From a virus (lineage: Duplodnaviria > Heunggongvirae > Uroviricota > Caudoviricetes), in IMG/VR virus record IMGVR_UViG_3300032167_005013: DNA of 64,000 nt; one strand, 5' to 3'. Below the pieces are notes generated by a model. It was not told the DNA's origin. It saw only the letters and a list, made by a program, of their open reading frames with translations, and ran no database searches. The stretch's first letter is position 1; each line of letters opens with the position of its first letter. Below, in pieces: positions 37,476 through 47,411 of the stretch. The position numbers and the translations under genes were made by a program.

Positions 37476-37485
37476 GGGGGGGGGG
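37476..37485. repeat. G10 homopolymer tract (pairs with the C6 run at 37454-37459 to form a hairpin over the start codon of 36952..37461)
   Basis: gggggggggg in an otherwise AT-rich genome. Confidence 0.8.
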
Positions 37486-37502
37486 TAGCCATTTATTAAT
37501 TA

Positions 37503-39551
37503 TTAATTCAGAACCTCTGCATCGTCGCCGTCATAGTACATGAAACCATAAAGGCCTTCACTACCTTTGACAAGTTCGATGTGTCCTGCAGCGACTGTCT
37601 CATCAGTTGCTGTTTCAACCTTAACCGAAACCTTAGGGTTGTTAGGGTCAGCGTTGTTTACTTCAATAGCATTGTCTGCGGAAGTAACTGAATTCACACC
37701 ACCCGCAACAGCAGCGCGAATGCTATCCTGAATACCCTGAAGGACTGTTGAAATCTTGGTATCTCCTGAATAAATCGCATCACCTGTTGCGCCAGTAATA
37801 TCACTACCGAGAGCAATATCCTTAGCAGCAATTTCGAGTTCAGCAACCTTACCCTCAGAAACTACAGCATCAATACCATTAACCTTAACAGCCTCAATTA
37901 CGTTAACCTGAGCGCCCTCAGCAATGTTATTAAGTTTCTCCTCATAAGAAGCCTCAAATTCATTGAAACCGTCTTTGGTTACGAAAGTATCGTCGCCATA
38001 CTTCTTAGCATCAGCAAGAACCTGAGCGTCAGCAGCAGCCCACTTCTTATCAATCTCAACCTCACGCTCATCGGTATAAGCCTTAGCGTCAGCAAGAGCC
38101 TGAGCAGCTGCGCCTGCAACCTCGTAGTTTCCTGCAAGGCCATCAGCATATTCTTTAGCAGCCCTAAGAACCTCATTATCAAGTTCAGTTATCTTATCAA
38201 GGAATGCTTGTGAAACTGCAATACCATTAGTTGTTACCTGAAGATAAGTGTTTGCAGTCTCATCAACCTTTACCTTGAACGTTTTACCATCAAGAACAAG
38301 GCCATCACCCGCAGCATAGTAATCAAGAAGGTCTGTTACATCCATGCGGATATCTTCTTTACCTGCAGCAGTATTGAAGGTCAATACGAGATATTTCTCA
38401 CCGGCCTCACCTTCTTTAGGTCCATCAAGAACAGCACCTTCAAGCATACCATCCTTAATGAAAGCAGTTGCATCAATTGATGAAACAACCTCACCATTAA
38501 TTCCCTGGAGACGAAGCACTGCATTCTGTTCATCTGAAGCCGGAACATAAGCAAGAGTAAGAGTTGTTTTCAATTTATCTCCATCAAGGGAAATAACTTT
38601 TTCACCATCAGCAACTCCCTGAACCGGAGCAGTTGGAACAATAACATCAACTGATTTATCAGCCTCTGCTATCACAAGAGCCTGTCCGTTAACTTTAACG
38701 ACCTCAAGTTTGTTAACCTGAGCACCTGCCTCGATATTACCAAGTTTAGTACCCTCATCATTAGTCATAAGACGAGAACCCTCAACCTTATCGACTTTCT
38801 TACCAAGTTCACCCTCTATTTCAGATTTAAGAGCAGCATCAGCACCTATATAAGCATCATGGTCAATTGCTTCAAGAACCTTAACGCGCCCATCCATAGC
38901 CTCGTCCTTACCATCGGCATAGTCTTTAGCGTCAGTAAGAGCCTGAGCAGCCTGTTCATCAGCATAAGTCTTTGCTGCATCCTCAGCATCGGCAATTTCT
39001 TTGTAAAGTCCTGTAGCAGCATCCTCGCCTGCAGCCGCTTTTCCTATTTCAGATTCAATACCTGAAACCTTAGTCTTAAGTTCAGCAACGTCAGCGTCAA
39101 GATTACCACTTGCAGTAGAAGCTGCGAGTTTCTGAAGTTGTCCCTGACCGATTACAATATAAGGAGCAGCGTCATATTCAACAGCAGCACCTTCACCTTC
39201 TCCGTCAGCATCATACTCAGATTTAGTCTTAACATAGATAACCTGACCAATATTATCATCAGTTGCAAGAGCAACTGCATCCTTATATTCTTCAACAGCA
39301 AGTGAACCATTTCCTGAACCTACGGCAACCCAAGCGTCTTCTGAAGTCGAATTAGCCGCATCTTTAAGCATGTATACCTGTCCATCTTCAACAACAGCAA
39401 CAAGCATACCGTTATATTTCGCCAAACCAAATGTATCATCAGCAAGCAAGTCAGCAAATGACTGTACTACTGTTCTATCATCAAGTGGCTGTGCACCGGT
39501 AGGTTTAATTGCCGATGCGAAGTTTATCATACCATTAAATAATTTTGCCAT
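37503..39551 (-). CDS. tail fibre protein, Ala/Asp-rich coiled coil, with an N-terminal domain shared with 41646..42578 and a GSGNGSLAVEEYKDAV domain shared with 54739..56685
   Basis: repeats of ADAKAYTDE / LADAKKYGDD type; shared domains noted in the findings. Confidence 0.6.
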   Translation of the reverse strand: MAKLFNGMINFASAIKPTGAQPLDDRTVVQSFADLLADDTFGLAKYNGMLVAVVEDGQVYMLKDAANSTSEDAWVAVGSGNGSLAVEEYKDAVALATDDNIGQVIYVKTKSEYDADGEGEGAAVEYDAAPYIVIGQGQLQKLAASTASGNLDADVAELKTKVSGIESEIGKAAAGEDAATGLYKEIADAEDAAKTYADEQAAQALTDAKDYADGKDEAMDGRVKVLEAIDHDAYIGADAALKSEIEGELGKKVDKVEGSRLMTNDEGTKLGNIEAGAQVNKLEVVKVNGQALVIAEADKSVDVIVPTAPVQGVADGEKVISLDGDKLKTTLTLAYVPASDEQNAVLRLQGINGEVVSSIDATAFIKDGMLEGAVLDGPKEGEAGEKYLVLTFNTAAGKEDIRMDVTDLLDYYAAGDGLVLDGKTFKVKVDETANTYLQVTTNGIAVSQAFLDKITELDNEVLRAAKEYADGLAGNYEVAGAAAQALADAKAYTDEREVEIDKKWAAADAQVLADAKKYGDDTFVTKDGFNEFEASYEEKLNNIAEGAQVNVIEAVKVNGIDAVVSEGKVAELEIAAKDIALGSDITGATGDAIYSGDTKISTVLQGIQDSIRAAVAGGVNSVTSADNAIEVNNADPNNPKVSVKVETATDETVAAGHIELVKGSEGLYGFMYYDGDDAEVLN

Positions 39552-39580
39552 ATCCTAAAATCAATATTCTTCAATTATTA

Positions 39581-41527
39581 TTAAGCCACTGTGAATTTAA
39601 CACGGTTAGGTCCTTCAGTTGAAGCCCACTCATAAACTGTATAAGTCACCTCTTTACCCTGAATAGTTCTTGTAACAGTACCGTTTGCGACGAACTTATC
39701 TTTACAATCAATAGCATATTTCGCTGTAGTTGGATTGATTGCCATTGCAGTTGTTACCTTCCAAGCACCAGGGAGGAAAAGACGGTATGGTTCAAGGCCC
39801 TGATTAGCAAATGAAACCGCAAATGAAGTATTTGATTTCATAAGAGCCAATTTAGTACCATCACCTGTTACTGGAGCAGCGAGGTCTGCCATAGCCGCAC
39901 CAGTTGCATCTGTAGTAGAAGCACTAACGCCATTGGTATATACAGGATAAACACCTGTTACAGTGAATGTTGCAGACTGATTAGAAGGGTCTTTTTCAAC
40001 ACCTGCCTGAGCAGCAATTGCAACTGATTTCTTCTCCTCACTTCTTCCACCAAGGTTTGAAACGATATAATAAGAAGCAACTCCATCATGTGAACCTGTA
40101 TGCTTAGGCGCATCCTCAGTTACTACATACTTATTAGTTCCTTCAACAGCAACAAGAGTACATGAAGCAAGCTTACATAAAGAAGCGGTAGCGTCTTGAA
40201 CTGTTGTTGGGAGTGTTCCTGTGAAACCGGTAGAAGCCGCTGAAAGTTCATAAACGTTGTTATTCATCTGTGAAACTGTCCAAGCACCTGAAACTGAAGT
40301 TGCGTCTACAACATCATCACCATCAACAGTAGCAGAATAACCATGCTCAAATCCACTTACTTTAGGCTCAGTCTTAGAAATTGAAACTGCATTTGCTGTA
40401 ACCTCACTGAATGTAATTGCCTGTCCAACTTCTACAAGCCCATTATTGTTTCCACCTGTTGCACTAACAGTTGGTGCTGAAATTGAAACACTATAACTTG
40501 GAGTATTCTTTGAAGGTACCGGATAGATTTCAACACAAAGAAGAGCCTTAAGAACTGCCTGAAGGTCAGTACCTGCAGGGATGACACCATCAGCAAAAGC
40601 AGATTTAACTGCATCAGAAGCAAGAGGGCCACCCTCAATTGTAATAGATTCCTTAAGAACTGTCTTATCAACTGTCATATCGTCAACAACAAGTTCATTG
40701 GATTCGTTAACTGAAAGGAAGTTGTTAGCCTCAGCAACCTTAACATTGAAAGTCACACCATCCTCAGCGAGTTCGAGTGCGGTACCTGCATTGTAAAGTT
40801 TCGCAAAATCAGAAACCTTAATCTCATCAGTCTTAGTTGACTCACCCTCAGTCTTCCAAGTGAAAATGATATATTTCTCACCATCTTCTTTAGTTTCAAC
40901 TTTAACATCCTCAAGAACGCTGTCTTTCAGGAAATCAGTTGCATCAAATCCTGCAATTTCCTCGCCACCAATTCCCGTAAGAGAGATTTTATTGTTCTCA
41001 TATTTAAGACCAATTGTTGATGAAAGAATACCGTCAGCAACATTAAGAACTTTGTCGCCTTCAGCAACATTCTTCACCATAATTTCAGTAAGTGAATCTT
41101 GAAGGTCCTTAATATCACCTTCAACTTCGTCGAAACGAGCAGTAACCTTAGCGAAAGCAGCAGCAAGATTTGCAAAATCCTCATCCATTACAGTGATTTT
41201 GCCTTCACCATCAAGACTAACATTTACAATACCTACCACCTTAAGAAGGGCTGCAGCTACATCAGCGCTCTCGTCATCAAGAGTGGCAATTTTATCAGCA
41301 AGAGATTCAATCTGTCCTTCCTGATAACGAGCATAGTGCTTTGTACCGAAATAAATGTCATAAATGTCGTTTCTTAAATCATTGTCATCCTGTACGCCCT
41401 CAGTGTTGGCATCAGAATCAACAACTGTTCTAACGAACCAAATATAACCTTTTCTATCAGCTGCAGCAACCTCTGCGAAAGTCGTACCAAGTACGGACTT
41501 AATACCTTTAAAAAGTTGTTTTGACAT
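39581..41527 (-). CDS. tail fibre protein
   Basis: 648 aa, low-complexity beta-rich, adjacent to other fibre genes. Confidence 0.5.
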   Translation of the reverse strand: MSKQLFKGIKSVLGTTFAEVAAADRKGYIWFVRTVVDSDANTEGVQDDNDLRNDIYDIYFGTKHYARYQEGQIESLADKIATLDDESADVAAALLKVVGIVNVSLDGEGKITVMDEDFANLAAAFAKVTARFDEVEGDIKDLQDSLTEIMVKNVAEGDKVLNVADGILSSTIGLKYENNKISLTGIGGEEIAGFDATDFLKDSVLEDVKVETKEDGEKYIIFTWKTEGESTKTDEIKVSDFAKLYNAGTALELAEDGVTFNVKVAEANNFLSVNESNELVVDDMTVDKTVLKESITIEGGPLASDAVKSAFADGVIPAGTDLQAVLKALLCVEIYPVPSKNTPSYSVSISAPTVSATGGNNNGLVEVGQAITFSEVTANAVSISKTEPKVSGFEHGYSATVDGDDVVDATSVSGAWTVSQMNNNVYELSAASTGFTGTLPTTVQDATASLCKLASCTLVAVEGTNKYVVTEDAPKHTGSHDGVASYYIVSNLGGRSEEKKSVAIAAQAGVEKDPSNQSATFTVTGVYPVYTNGVSASTTDATGAAMADLAAPVTGDGTKLALMKSNTSFAVSFANQGLEPYRLFLPGAWKVTTAMAINPTTAKYAIDCKDKFVANGTVTRTIQGKEVTYTVYEWASTEGPNRVKFTVA

Positions 41528-41645
41528 ATCTGATTATTATTTATTCTTATAATTCCAGTTTATTTTAACATTAAATTAATATCTCTTATAAATAATAATA
41601 TTATTTTAAATATTATATTTTTATTAAGATATTTTCTTACTTATA

Positions 41646-42578
41646 TTAGAGAATTTCGTTTTCCAAATCATCACCCGAAAGAGATATGCCCGTTGAATAA
41701 AGACCATCCTCATTAACAACCAAAACATTATCTTCAGCGTTTGAAATCTTCACGGAAAGTTTCTTATTCTCGTCTTTCTGAATTGTAATTCCATCAACAG
41801 CAACATCACCCTCACCACTTGTGATTGAATCAAGCCTGTCTTGAATTGTGATTACATCACCCGAAATTGTCTGAATCTTAGCGTCAGTGCTTGCGGTATA
41901 CTCATTAAATGATTCTTCCAAAGTCCCAACCTTTTTAGAAACATCTTGAATTTGCTGAGTATTGCCTGAAACCCTTGCTGAAATTGCTTCAATATTCTGA
42001 GTATTTACTGAAACATTTCCTGCTATTGAATTGATTCGTTCTGAAAGGCCTTCATCAGCCTTTTTATAGGCTTCATCAATTTCGCTGATACGGGTTTCAA
42101 CCTCAGTAAGGTCAACATCCGGAACTGAAGCGGAAATTACAAGACTGCCATCAATTTCTTCTACAAAAGCAATATTATCACCTGCTTTAAGTTTGTCAAT
42201 ACCCGCAATCTTTTCAATTTTTGAATTAAGGTTTGAAATACCGTTTGCATTTTCATCTGCCTTTGATGCTATATCCTTAATGCGTGAATCAAGATTTTTC
42301 AATTCACCCTCAACTGCATCAACACGCTCCTCGACTTTCCCCAAGTCAATAGAGCCATACTTCTCCCAAGAATAATCTTCAGTAAGAATATACTGTGCGG
42401 GGCCCTCACCAAGGCCATCATCAAGTACCATCACAACCATACCAGGCGTGTAATACTTGGCCAATACAAATGAACTGATTTTAGTCAGGTCTTCAATATT
42501 GGCGACAGGTGCAACCTTAGCATCAATATAACCCTTACCAGAGTATTTGAATTGGTCTGAATAATTTATAACTGCCAT
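41646..42578 (-). CDS. tail fibre protein (N-terminus FVLAKYYTPGMVVMVLDDG resembles that of 37503..39551)
   Basis: 310 aa with a coiled-coil segment. Confidence 0.5.
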   Translation of the reverse strand: MAVINYSDQFKYSGKGYIDAKVAPVANIEDLTKISSFVLAKYYTPGMVVMVLDDGLGEGPAQYILTEDYSWEKYGSIDLGKVEERVDAVEGELKNLDSRIKDIASKADENANGISNLNSKIEKIAGIDKLKAGDNIAFVEEIDGSLVISASVPDVDLTEVETRISEIDEAYKKADEGLSERINSIAGNVSVNTQNIEAISARVSGNTQQIQDVSKKVGTLEESFNEYTASTDAKIQTISGDVITIQDRLDSITSGEGDVAVDGITIQKDENKKLSVKISNAEDNVLVVNEDGLYSTGISLSGDDLENEIL

Positions 42579-42580
42579 CT

Positions 42581-43546
42581 TTATGCGTATTTGATTATAT
42601 AAGTTATTGAATCTTCTGGAATATCAATCACAGCCTCAGGAACTGCAGGGTCATAGACAGCAGAAAGTTCTGTGTCGTTAGCCGTCTTATACCATACATG
42701 GTAAGCAACGCCATCAATTATTGCATCATGCTCCCTTTTATTCCATCCTTCAATAACAGAATCGTTTGTGGAAGCAGCCAGAATATCAACAACCTCACGG
42801 TCAGTGATGATTATAATATCCTGAGCATTATTAAGAAGAACCTCAGTTATTTCAGCAGGGGACATTTCTGCAAGACCCTCTATTGCAATAGGTTCAATAT
42901 CAGCAACAAATGTCTCAGTTGCACTTTCACTCTCCATTGTTATGCTATCTATAACAGATATTGCATCAAAAATTTCTTCATCTGTCATAGTATCAATATG
43001 CCCTTTCATGGCTGCAATTTGATATGCAACTGGGAAAACTACCGGTGCATTAAGTGTTATCTGATACTTAAATTCCTCATCCTGATAAGTTTTCTTACCT
43101 GCAAGGGCATCGGTTTCAGAACCACCAATACCATAGTTTTCAATAGAGGCAATATCCCCAAGCCCGAATTGAATTCCTGAAGCGCCTGAAGTTCCTTTCT
43201 CTATTTTAACAGTGTATTGTTCATCACCATTGTAAGAAATTGCCACATACATATCAGAAGCAGTCGTTCCCGCAAACATAACAACAGCGTCACCATTCAC
43301 TATCTCAAGTGACATTGCCTTGGTTTGTATTGTAGGCGTTGTATCTCCGGTATTAGAATCAGAACCGGAACCTGAACCACTACCGTTGGTAATAAAAATA
43401 GTTTTTGAATATTCTTCTCCCGGAAGGTTGCAAAGGTCAATATATGCACCATTCCAATAATGACGTTCCTCTATCCTGTTATCACCCTCCCAAAGTTCAC
43501 CGTTTGGGCCGATTGAATTTTCACGTATATCTCCTAAGTAACTCAT
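42581..43546 (-). CDS. tail or baseplate-associated protein with a GSGSGSGS linker
   Basis: 321 aa; translationally coupled to the downstream fibre gene. Confidence 0.4.
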   Translation of the reverse strand: MSYLGDIRENSIGPNGELWEGDNRIEERHYWNGAYIDLCNLPGEEYSKTIFITNGSGSGSGSDSNTGDTTPTIQTKAMSLEIVNGDAVVMFAGTTASDMYVAISYNGDEQYTVKIEKGTSGASGIQFGLGDIASIENYGIGGSETDALAGKKTYQDEEFKYQITLNAPVVFPVAYQIAAMKGHIDTMTDEEIFDAISVIDSITMESESATETFVADIEPIAIEGLAEMSPAEITEVLLNNAQDIIIITDREVVDILAASTNDSVIEGWNKREHDAIIDGVAYHVWYKTANDTELSAVYDPAVPEAVIDIPEDSITYIIKYA

Positions 43547-43664
43547 GGTATACTAATTTAATTTCTTATAAATAGGTAAAAGACTAAGAAAAAGAAGCCT
43601 CTCTTATGAAAAATCCAAAAGAAAGACTTCGTGCAAAAATATATCAAGATTGACTGTAGGTTTC

Positions 43665-44480
43665 CTATTCAGTAGTCTTACCAAGTTCAAGACGTTTATC
43701 ATAGATATTACCCCAAATCTTTGTTGAATATCTAATAACGTAGCCGCCATCAGTTTTTTCAATATCAGGGTTGAATATCTCAGGTTTTTCAATTCCATAG
43801 CGATTAACATTAATGTATGCTAATGCACAAATCAAAGAATCACAAGCATCATAATTTTCTTTTTTAATCTCCCCTTTACCATTTCTTGACCATTCAATAT
43901 CAGGATAAAGGTTATTTACAAGGTCCATCATGATGACTTTCTTGTCAATATCATAAGGATAGGCACCAAAAAGAACGAGATTATTTGAATTAATATCTTT
44001 CTTTATATGTGCAAGAGGATATTCCTTTCCCTTTTTATTATATTTTCTTATTGAACACAACTCAGGGAAAGAAAAAGCACGAGAATCATATGATGAAATA
44101 AATTTAGGGACAATACCAAGATGATGATATATTGCCTCTGAAACCATACCATTGAATCGTATAAGTTTACCGACAGTCGAAATGTTATTGGATGATAAGA
44201 GAGGTTCCTCAATTATAACATCAGTTATACCAAATTCTTTTAATGGTACAATAAATTCATTCTCGAAAATTTGTTTCTTAATAAACAAAATCTCAATACC
44301 ACTAATATCTTTAGGCACTTTAGGTGAAATCTGAGTGATTTTTACTATTTCAGGTTTACTTACACCGTCATCAATAACAATTGATGCCCCAATGCATGAG
44401 GTACTAATATCAAGTCCCAAGATGACACGATGAATTTTGTCATCTTTCTCGGTAATTCGTATATTATCTGCTTCAGTCAT
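43665..44480 (-). CDS. RuvC-like Holliday junction resolvase
   Basis: ILGLDISTSCIGASIV at the N-terminus; DACDSLICALAY near the C-terminus. Confidence 0.55.
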   Translation of the reverse strand: MTEADNIRITEKDDKIHRVILGLDISTSCIGASIVIDDGVSKPEIVKITQISPKVPKDISGIEILFIKKQIFENEFIVPLKEFGITDVIIEEPLLSSNNISTVGKLIRFNGMVSEAIYHHLGIVPKFISSYDSRAFSFPELCSIRKYNKKGKEYPLAHIKKDINSNNLVLFGAYPYDIDKKVIMMDLVNNLYPDIEWSRNGKGEIKKENYDACDSLICALAYINVNRYGIEKPEIFNPDIEKTDGGYVIRYSTKIWGNIYDKRLELGKTTE

Positions 44481-44540
44481 TCAACATCTTTTAAAGAAAA
44501 ATAAGTTAAAAAAGTTTAAAAGTAAAGTTGTTAGTATCAA

Positions 44541-44572
44541 AATTTATCACTATATTTGCAACAAATATTTTT
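44541..44572 (+). promoter_or_regulatory. promoter box ttatcaCTATATTTGCaacaaatat (a near-identical copy is upstream of the primase gene at 36860-36890 on the minus strand)
   Basis: TAnnTTTG consensus 16 nt upstream of ATG 44576. Confidence 0.45.
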
Positions 44573-44575
44573 GTT

Positions 44576-44989
44576 ATGACAATTGACATTGAAAATAAAT
44601 TACATAATGACATAAAAGAATATTGTAGAATGAATGGTTTGGTGATGAAAGATTTTGTCAACAAACTTCTTAAAAAATCATTTACTGTAGAAAAATATGG
44701 GGAAACCCCATTTGGGGAGGTTTCATTAAAACCTAAAATTCATAATACTGAAGTAGACGGGCGTTTTTCTGATGTCCAATCAACCACAATACTCCACGAG
44801 CGAAACAATTCAATAAGTCAAACTGAAGTGGTGGAAAAAAAAATTCAAATTGTAGACGAACCTAAAACCATTTTTAATGATGATTGTGATATTGAACGTT
44901 ACAAAGGAGAGGTCCCGAAAAATTATTATGAAGAAATAAAAGTAACCCAAAAACAAACGGAAAAAAAAAGTAAAAAACGTAAATTATAA
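44576..44989 (+). CDS. hypothetical protein with a Lys-rich C-terminus
   Basis: ORF-track start is TTG at 44528; ATG at 44576. Confidence 0.4.
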   Translation: MTIDIENKLHNDIKEYCRMNGLVMKDFVNKLLKKSFTVEKYGETPFGEVSLKPKIHNTEVDGRFSDVQSTTILHERNNSISQTEVVEKKIQIVDEPKTIFNDDCDIERYKGEVPKNYYEEIKVTQKQTEKKSKKRKL

Positions 44990-44994
44990 AATTA

Positions 44995-47385
44995 ATGGCT
45001 AAAGATTTGAAAATTGGCGAAAACGCCAAAATAACAATTGAATGGAAAGTGCTTCCTGTTGATTTTTCAAAGGAAAAAGAAGAAAGTATCAGAGAAAACG
45101 TCGCAAAGAAATACGGTGTTCCATCAAAGAATGTAGAAATTGTTCCTATTTTTATCTCCTTAAATAATAAAGGAGAAAAGGTTGCATTGACCAATGACAC
45201 AATACAAAACATTCAGGACCCTAAATTTCAACAGCAACTTTTCCAAGCATATCTTGATGAAAACAATATCGAGGATTATGATTTTAATGAAATCATTAAA
45301 ATCGACAGTCATATTAACTCCCTCATAGATTATGAGGTATATGATAAGTTCAAGAGATATGAAATCAAGTGGTTAAAGTGGTCAAATTTCCTTTCTTATG
45401 GAGATGATAACTTTTTTGATTTTACAACTTTGAATGGTTTGGTTCTTCTTAATGGTGAACCTGCTAATCAGAGCGGTAAATCTACTTTTGCATATGACCT
45501 TCTTCATTTCGTACTCTTTGGTAAGACAACCTCGGGTAAGGCTGACGACCTTGCAGGTATCTTTAATAGATATCGTCCGGAAACAACAGAAGTTAAGGTT
45601 GAAGGTTGTATTGAAATAGACGGTGAAGATTATATCATTAGGCGCACACTTACTCGCCCCGCACATAAAAGACGTACAGCAAAAAGCAAGGTTACGCAGA
45701 AGGTGGAATATTTCAAAGTCGTCAACGGTGAAGAACAGGTTCTTGACGATATTGAAAACATGGAAGGTGAGAATAATGTTCAAACAACTAAAATCATTAA
45801 AGAGGCTATTGGTAACGAAAAAGATTTTGACCTCGTAATTTGTGCTAATTCCGACAATCTTAAGTCTTTAATTTCCCTTAAGGATACTGAAAGGGGGCGT
45901 CTTCTTTCTAAATGGATTGGTCTTCTACCTCTTGAGGAAAAAGATGCCATCGCACGTGAGAAGTGGAATAAAGAAATATCAAAGTCACTTCTTTCCAACA
46001 TATATAGTCGTGAAGTGTTGAAAACTGAAATTGATGCATTTAATCTCTCTATCGAAGATAATAGTAAAAGAATTGATGAGACTAAAGTAAAACACACTGA
46101 CTCTACCAAGAGATGCGATGAATTGGCTAAACAAAAAGAAGCACTTCTTTCAGCCAAGAGAGAAGTTGACTCCTCCCTTACCAAAGTAGATGTGCATACA
46201 ATTGAGCGTCAAATTGAAGATGTCACTGAGAAAGGAAAACAGACAAAGGCATTAATGGATAAAACGAAAAACGACCTTGATGCAATTGCTAATGTTGAAT
46301 TCTCCGAAAACGAATATCAGGACCTGCAAAATAAAAGGGAAAATCTTGCTGTTGAAATAAACGGTATTAAAAATACAATACGTCAACTCCGCGAGACAAA
46401 TAAAAATCTCGCTGCTTCAGAGTATTGCCCCACATGTAAAAGAAAACTTGAAGGGGTTAATTATAGCGCAACAATTGCAGAAAACGAAGAAAAAATTAAA
46501 ACTCTTATCAGTGATGGGGAGAAAAAGAACGGGAAATTAAACGAAATTAAGGAAAATATCGTTAAAATGGACGAAAATCGTCGTCTTTTTAATGAAAAAA
46601 GTCGTTTATCAATACTTATTGATAAGTATGATGCTGATTTAAAGGTTCTTAGACTTAAACTTAAAGACCTCAGGCAGACAATGAAAGCCCTTGAAGACAA
46701 TAAGGCTGTAATTGAAGCGAATAATAAGATAGAAAATTCACTTAATGTCCTTAATGTTTCATTAAAAACTGAAGAGGGTATTAGAGATAATCTTCTCCTT
46801 CAAATAAATGGCCTTGAAAATGAAAATAAAACTCTTCAAGACAACATTAAAAATAGAGAAAACATAATTTCTCAGATTGACAATGAGGAAAAAATTGTCA
46901 AGACGTGGAAAATATATCTCACTCTTGTTGGTAAGAATGGTATTGGAAAAATGGTTTTACGTCAGGCTCTACCTCTGATAAACGGAGAACTTAAACGTCT
47001 TCTCTCAGGAGTTTGTGATTTTGATGTTGAAGTTGTCATTGACGACCACAATGATGTTGCGTTTAATCTTGTAAGAAATAACACCGTTACAAAATTGTCA
47101 GGTGGTTCAGGATTTGAACAGACTGCAGCGGCATTGGCTTTGAGAGTTGTTCTTGGGAACATTTCGACATTAAGCCGTCCGTCAATTCTTCTTCTTGATG
47201 AGGTACTTGGTGGTGTAGCACAGGAAAACTATGAAAATATCAAACTTTTGTTTGACCGTATAGTAAAAGATTATAGTGTTGTCCTCCACATAACCCACCT
47301 TAATCAGATTATAGATTGGCACACGTCAATCATAACGGTAAGAAAAGAGAATCAGATATCGTCAATTAGCCAAAAGGCTGTTTAA
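44995..47385 (+). CDS. sbcC: SbcC/Rad50-family ATPase
   Basis: Walker A NGEPANQSGKST; long coiled coil; signature LSGGSGFEQ; Walker B ILLLDEVLGG; H-loop HITH. Confidence 0.7.
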   Translation: MAKDLKIGENAKITIEWKVLPVDFSKEKEESIRENVAKKYGVPSKNVEIVPIFISLNNKGEKVALTNDTIQNIQDPKFQQQLFQAYLDENNIEDYDFNEIIKIDSHINSLIDYEVYDKFKRYEIKWLKWSNFLSYGDDNFFDFTTLNGLVLLNGEPANQSGKSTFAYDLLHFVLFGKTTSGKADDLAGIFNRYRPETTEVKVEGCIEIDGEDYIIRRTLTRPAHKRRTAKSKVTQKVEYFKVVNGEEQVLDDIENMEGENNVQTTKIIKEAIGNEKDFDLVICANSDNLKSLISLKDTERGRLLSKWIGLLPLEEKDAIAREKWNKEISKSLLSNIYSREVLKTEIDAFNLSIEDNSKRIDETKVKHTDSTKRCDELAKQKEALLSAKREVDSSLTKVDVHTIERQIEDVTEKGKQTKALMDKTKNDLDAIANVEFSENEYQDLQNKRENLAVEINGIKNTIRQLRETNKNLAASEYCPTCKRKLEGVNYSATIAENEEKIKTLISDGEKKNGKLNEIKENIVKMDENRRLFNEKSRLSILIDKYDADLKVLRLKLKDLRQTMKALEDNKAVIEANNKIENSLNVLNVSLKTEEGIRDNLLLQINGLENENKTLQDNIKNRENIISQIDNEEKIVKTWKIYLTLVGKNGIGKMVLRQALPLINGELKRLLSGVCDFDVEVVIDDHNDVAFNLVRNNTVTKLSGGSGFEQTAAALALRVVLGNISTLSRPSILLLDEVLGGVAQENYENIKLLFDRIVKDYSVVLHITHLNQIIDWHTSIITVRKENQISSISQKAV

Positions 47386-47411
47386 AATAAAAAAAGAAAC
47401 ATGAGAATGTA

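Noticed and set aside
37503-43546. A diversity-generating retroelement acting on the fibre genes.
   Set aside because: No reverse transcriptase (no YxDD-containing ORF) and no template/variable repeat pair with adenine-specific mismatches was found in the window.
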